From: Gemmatimonadota bacterium | GTDB lineage: Bacteria; Gemmatimonadota; Gemmatimonadetes; Palauibacterales; Palauibacteraceae | Assembly: GCA_039588275.1 (NCBI GenBank) | Contig: JBDHAC010000008.1 | Location: forward strand, 53,471 to 117,470 | DNA: 64,000 nt | Reading direction: 5' to 3' | Made by a program: the position numbers and the translations under genes | The notes under the pieces: model-generated | The model's input: the letters and a program-made list of their open reading frames with translations, nothing else | Database searches by the model: none | Told to the model about the DNA's origin: nothing | Shown: positions 60,042 through 64,000 of the stretch, piece by piece | Layout of the letters: each line of letters begins with the position of its first letter | How positions within the stretch are numbered: position 1 is the first letter of the stretch

Positions 60042-61697
60042 CCGGTCCACTGCCGCTCCGGGGCCGACCCTCCAGTTCTGCTCGAAGACATCCTCGATCC
60101 GCAGCGTGTCCCGGCGCTCGATGTACTCGATGATCCGGGTCGCGATATCCACCTCGTCCAGGTAAACGACCGGCGCCCCGGAGATCATGTCGTAACCACC
60201 TCCACCCGCTTGTCGATAGCTGTTGAGCGCCATGGAGAAGGAGTCGGAATCGGCCACCGGCTGACCCTCGAAGCGGAGAGAGACGACCCGCTCGCCGGCC
60301 CGACGGCTCAGATCCAACTCGTACTCCAGGCCATCGATTATGTCGAAGTTGTAGCCGCGGACCGAGTCGTTGATGAGCGGCGAGGCCGGGAACGAATGGT
60401 AATACCGCGCGCTCCACTCCAGGTACGCGGCGAGATCCGCGCCGCTGAGACGTATCGCGCGCAGCGTGTTCGGGTACACGTAAAGCCCCAGGATATGGCG
60501 GCGCGTGATCGGCCCCGGTCCGAACGCGGCGTCCGTCCTGAAGATCGCCGTGCTCGAGAGTTGCGCCCCCGTAATCTGGGCCTGGACGGTGGCGATCAGA
60601 TCGGCGATCGGAGTGTCCTCGTAGCGAGCCGCGCCGGCCGACCATGTGTCCGGGGTGTATCCGATCGGCTCTCCGAGCCACGCCAGGGTCCGCTCGTGCG
60701 CGGGCCGCGCGAGGTCCACGAGGCCGGGGTGCGGGAGTACGTCCATCGTGGGGAGCGCGCGCCCCGCGGTCGACACGACCCGAAATCCCTCAGGTGTGCG
60801 CCGGACCACCACGTGCGCGACCGCCAGATGGTCGGCGCGCACGCCCGCGTGCAGGATCAAGCTGCGGCCGACGCGTAGGCCGTCGATCGACTCGGCCGTG
60901 TGACCGCCGAAGATCACGTCGAGCTCGGGCACTTCGGTCGCCAGTCGTTCGAGCGCGTTCTCCTCTGGTGCGCCTGCGATGGAGCCGTAGCTCGAGCCCG
61001 GGCCCAGACCGGAGTGGGCGATCGCGACCAGGACATCTGCACCGGCTTCGCGCAGACGAGGGACCCACCGCCGAGCGGCCTGCACGATGTCCTCGAATCG
61101 GAGCTGTCCTTCCACGTTCGCCTGATCCCAGATCGCGACCCCGGGGGTCGTGAAGCCGATGACGCCGACTCGTGCCCCCTCCACGTTCAACAGCACGTAC
61201 GGCGTGAACGCCAGCGAGTCGGTGCCCTCCGTGTAGATGTTGGCGGCCAGAAACGGAAAGCGTGCCCCAGCGAGGGCCGCGCGCATGAACGGAATCCCGT
61301 AGTTGAACTCGTGGTTCCCGATCGCGGACGCGTCGTAGCTCAGGAAGTTCATCGCCGCGATCATCGGGTGGACTTCGTCCATCCCTTCCCGGGCCTGGAA
61401 CTCATCGAGCGGGCTGCCTTGCAGGAGATCTCCGCTGTCGAAGAGGAGGACCGCGCGGTCCTCCCGCCGTATGCTGTCCACCAGTGTGGCGACCTGAGCG
61501 AGACTGCTCGGCGCCGGCTCGTCAGTGGCGTACTCGTATGGGAGCAGGTGCCCGTGCACGTCTGTGGTCCCGAGCAGCGTGAGCCGGAGCTCGTCCGGCG
61601 GGGCCCCGGGCCGGGCGCACGCGGCCACCGTGACGATGCTCGCCCAGGCGACCGGGATGAGGAGGTCCGATCGCAGCGAGCGAGCCCTCGGTCTCAC
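60000..61697 (-). CDS. Bifunctional metallophosphoesterase / 5'-nucleotidase family lipoprotein (CpdB-like)
   Basis: TTDVHG, DSGDLLQG, GNHEFNYG, AHSG, GGHT, YPNTL, NSYRQAGGGGY; lipobox VAA-C. Confidence 0.92.
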   Translation of the reverse strand: MRPRARSLRSDLLIPVAWASIVTVAACARPGAPPDELRLTLLGTTDVHGHLLPYEYATDEPAPSSLAQVATLVDSIRREDRAVLLFDSGDLLQGSPLDEFQAREGMDEVHPMIAAMNFLSYDASAIGNHEFNYGIPFMRAALAGARFPFLAANIYTEGTDSLAFTPYVLLNVEGARVGVIGFTTPGVAIWDQANVEGQLRFEDIVQAARRWVPRLREAGADVLVAIAHSGLGPGSSYGSIAGAPEENALERLATEVPELDVIFGGHTAESIDGLRVGRSLILHAGVRADHLAVAHVVVRRTPEGFRVVSTAGRALPTMDVLPHPGLVDLARPAHERTLAWLGEPIGYTPDTWSAGAARYEDTPIADLIATVQAQITGAQLSSTAIFRTDAAFGPGPITRRHILGLYVYPNTLRAIRLSGADLAAYLEWSARYYHSFPASPLINDSVRGYNFDIIDGLEYELDLSRRAGERVVSLRFEGQPVADSDSFSMALNSYRQAGGGGYDMISGAPVVYLDEVDIATRIIEYIERRDTLRIEDVFEQNWRVGPGAAVDRLRAHARSDAGQSH

Positions 61698-62503
61698 CGC
61701 GTGGGGCCGGAGGCGAGGGCGTACAGAAAGAGGTTCACTCCCATACGGATCGCCTGCTCGCGCGTCTCGGGAGGGTCGTCATGCACGCCGGGATCCTCCC
61801 AACCATCGCCCAGGTCCGACTGAAAGCTGTAATAGAGCACGAGCCGGCCGTCCACGAAGATCCCGAAGCCTTGCGCTGGCAATCCATCGTGCTCGTGGAT
61901 CTTTGGCAGACCCTCCGGCAGGTCGTAGAACATTCGATAGATCGGATGGTCGGCGGGCACTTCGACCAGGGCGCGCTCGGGGAACAGACGCTCCACCTCG
62001 CGCCTGAACGATTCGTCGAGACCGTAGTTGTCATCCGCGTGCAGGAATCCCCCGCGCTCCAGATACCCGCGCAGGCGTTGCATCTCCAGCTCGCCGAACC
62101 GGATGTTCCCGTGGCCCGTCACGTACAGGTAGGGATAGTCGGCTAGATCGGGGTCGGAGAGCCGCACCTCCGCGGGTCGCTCGGCGACGCGAACGCCTGT
62201 GCGCGCAGATATTTCACGCAACAGATTCGGGAGGCTGGAGGGGTTCGCGTACCAATCGCCCCCCCCGTCGTATTGGAGGCGGGCGATGGTCGGCAGCTCC
62301 GTGCGCTGCACGGGCACCGGCTCCAGCGGCGCGCCCAGAGCCGCGGGACACCCCTCGAAGGCGACCGCGACGCCCGCGGCGCCCGAAACGACGACTAGAA
62401 GCGCCTGTGGCATCCACTCGCCGCGACGGTGTGTAGCCCTACAGTGCGGGCAGCGACGCGCGAGGTCCGGAATGTGACATTCACACGTTCGGCAGGGCTT
62501 CAT
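61694..62503 (-). CDS. DUF4159-domain protein with N-terminal zinc ribbon and TM segment
   Basis: YDGGGDWYANPSSLPNL, YVTGHG, GGFLHADD, IHEHDG, DLGDGWED; N-terminal CRTC-x10-CPHC; AGAGGG SD. Confidence 0.85.
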   Translation of the reverse strand: MKPCRTCECHIPDLARRCPHCRATHRRGEWMPQALLVVVSGAAGVAVAFEGCPAALGAPLEPVPVQRTELPTIARLQYDGGGDWYANPSSLPNLLREISARTGVRVAERPAEVRLSDPDLADYPYLYVTGHGNIRFGELEMQRLRGYLERGGFLHADDNYGLDESFRREVERLFPERALVEVPADHPIYRMFYDLPEGLPKIHEHDGLPAQGFGIFVDGRLVLYYSFQSDLGDGWEDPGVHDDPPETREQAIRMGVNLFLYALASGPTR

Positions 62504-62695
62504 CCGTCCGTCCCTCTGGTCGGTGTAGGTACCAATAATCTACGCTCCGAGCGACCGCGGCGCTGCCGTCCCCGACCGGGACGGGCAGGCCGAGGACCAT
62601 GCTCGGAGGTCGCCGGGATCCTGTGGACGGCGTAGGATGCCGTCGCCCCCGGCCTCGGCCCGGCCCCGTGAAACCGGACGGAACGAAAGGAAACG

Positions 62696-63847
62696 ATGCG
62701 TCGATACGCTGCGTTCGATCCGCCAGAGTACGCGAACTGGACCCCAGACCCGGAGCTCGTGCGCGAGTTCGGGGAGCGGATCCGGATCAACGCGGCTCGA
62801 CGCGCCGAGGTCGAGGTGCTCACCACCGAGCGCCACCTGGACCTGTATCGGGGGCTGCTTCGCTTTCGGTTGCACGACATCGCTCTCCAGCGCTGGGTCA
62901 AGCAAGGAGTGATCTCGAAAGCCTGGCTGGGCACCGGCGAGGAAGCGGTCACGGTCGGGGCCGTGCATGCGCTGGATCGCCGCGGTCCCGAAGGCGACAT
63001 CGTGGGTCCGATGATTCGAAACGCCGGCGCCTGCCACGAAATGGGGATACCCCTGGCCGACATGCTGAAGGGTTACCTCGCGACGTCGGATTCGCCCACC
63101 GGCGGTCGTGACCTGCACGTGGGGGATCTGAGGCACGGGGTGCTGACGCCGATCAGCATGGTCGCCTCGCTCAGCACCGTGATGAACGGGCTCGCCCTGG
63201 CGTTTCGGCAGCGGGGGGAGCCGCGGGTCGCGCTCACCTGGGTCGGGGACGGGGCCACCAAGCACGGAGAGGCGCATGAAGCGTTCAACTTCGCGGCCGT
63301 CCTGAAGCTCCCCTGCGTCTTCATCATTCAGAACAACCAGGTCGCGCTGGGCACTCGGTTGGACCAGCATCACGTGGCACGGGACTTCAGTGGATGGGGT
63401 GCGGCATACGGTGTCCCACTGCTCTCCGTCGACGGCAATAACGTTCTGGACGTGTATGCGGCGACGAGGATCGCCGCCACGCGGTGCCGCGAGGGCGACG
63501 GCCCGGTGCTCCTCGAGGCGATTACGTTTCGCATGGGTGGACACGCCACACACGACGTGCGCGAGGCGCGTCGTACCTTCTCGCCGGAGCTGTTCGAGTA
63601 CTGGGGTCGCCGCGACCCGATCGGGCTGTACGAGGAGTTCCTCGCCACCGGAGGCCTCGACCTGGGCGGCTCGACCGGCGAGACACTCGAGGCCCGCAAT
63701 CGAATCGTGCTGGCCGAGCTGGAGGAAGGCGTTCTCCGCGAGGTGGACGAGGCCGCCGCCGCCGCACTCGAAAGCCGAGAGGCCCGGATGCCCGAGCCGG
63801 GCAGCGCGGCGGACGGCGTGTACGCGGCGCACCCGGACGCCCGATGA
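62696..63847 (+). CDS. TPP-dependent 2-oxoacid dehydrogenase E1 alpha subunit
   Basis: GEEA, GDGAT...QNN TPP motif, VDGNN, FRMGGH; substrate not determinable. Confidence 0.92.
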   Translation: MRRYAAFDPPEYANWTPDPELVREFGERIRINAARRAEVEVLTTERHLDLYRGLLRFRLHDIALQRWVKQGVISKAWLGTGEEAVTVGAVHALDRRGPEGDIVGPMIRNAGACHEMGIPLADMLKGYLATSDSPTGGRDLHVGDLRHGVLTPISMVASLSTVMNGLALAFRQRGEPRVALTWVGDGATKHGEAHEAFNFAAVLKLPCVFIIQNNQVALGTRLDQHHVARDFSGWGAAYGVPLLSVDGNNVLDVYAATRIAATRCREGDGPVLLEAITFRMGGHATHDVREARRTFSPELFEYWGRRDPIGLYEEFLATGGLDLGGSTGETLEARNRIVLAELEEGVLREVDEAAAAALESREARMPEPGSAADGVYAAHPDAR

Positions 63848-63884
63848 CCGATCGGATGACGACCGAAGCGGGAGGAAGAACGAG

Positions 63885-64000
63885 ATGAGCGCGGGCGCGC
63901 GACCACGACGTGAATTCGAGGTGGATCGAGGCCGCTGGCTAGCTCTCGACGCGTGGCGGGATTCCGGCGATCTGGGTCTGTGTTACTTCCTGCCGCTCGA
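63885..64000 (+). CDS. Hypothetical protein, 3'-truncated by the window edge
   Basis: GGAGG SD, ATG at 63885, frame open to the end (MSAGARPRREFEVDRGRWLALDAW...). Confidence 0.55.
   Translation, partial: MSAGARPRREFEVDRGRWLALDAWRDSGDLGLCYFLPL

Overview
GC-rich bacterial chromosome segment made almost entirely of densely packed housekeeping genes. Gene content and order suggest Gemmatimonadota or a related FCB-group lineage; this is an inference from family recognition, and no database search was run. In order: 3' part of infB-DUF503-rbfA-truB-ribF; rpsO-pnp-M16 peptidase-ald; mreBCD-mrdA-rodA; accD-folC-bacilliredoxin (BrxA/B); hisS-proS-guaA-Nif3; a minus-strand pepD-lipoprotein-mlaEFD unit; an OPT peptide transporter; hsp20-clpB; lipoprotein; GT2-mce (minus); trxA-rsmI followed by a poorly characterised envelope cluster (DUF4175-like giant, TPR protein, exported GATase-like protein, internally deleted aminotransferase, TonB-like protein); valS-Ig-like lipoprotein-selA-gmhB-purN-purH; a caa3-type cytochrome c oxidase operon; SmtB/CzrA-type repressor plus P1B ATPase with a clear operator; 5'-nucleotidase and zinc-ribbon-DUF4159 (minus); a TPP-dependent E1 alpha. 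I saw no rRNA, tRNA, CRISPR array, integrase or transposase. The best leads are the uncharacterised envelope cluster at 36.7-44.8 kb, the in-frame internal deletion in the aminotransferase, a coupled leader peptide before mreB, the structured rpsO-pnp spacer, the hsp20-clpB control region and the zinc-ribbon-DUF4159 fusion. None of these is proven to be a new system.
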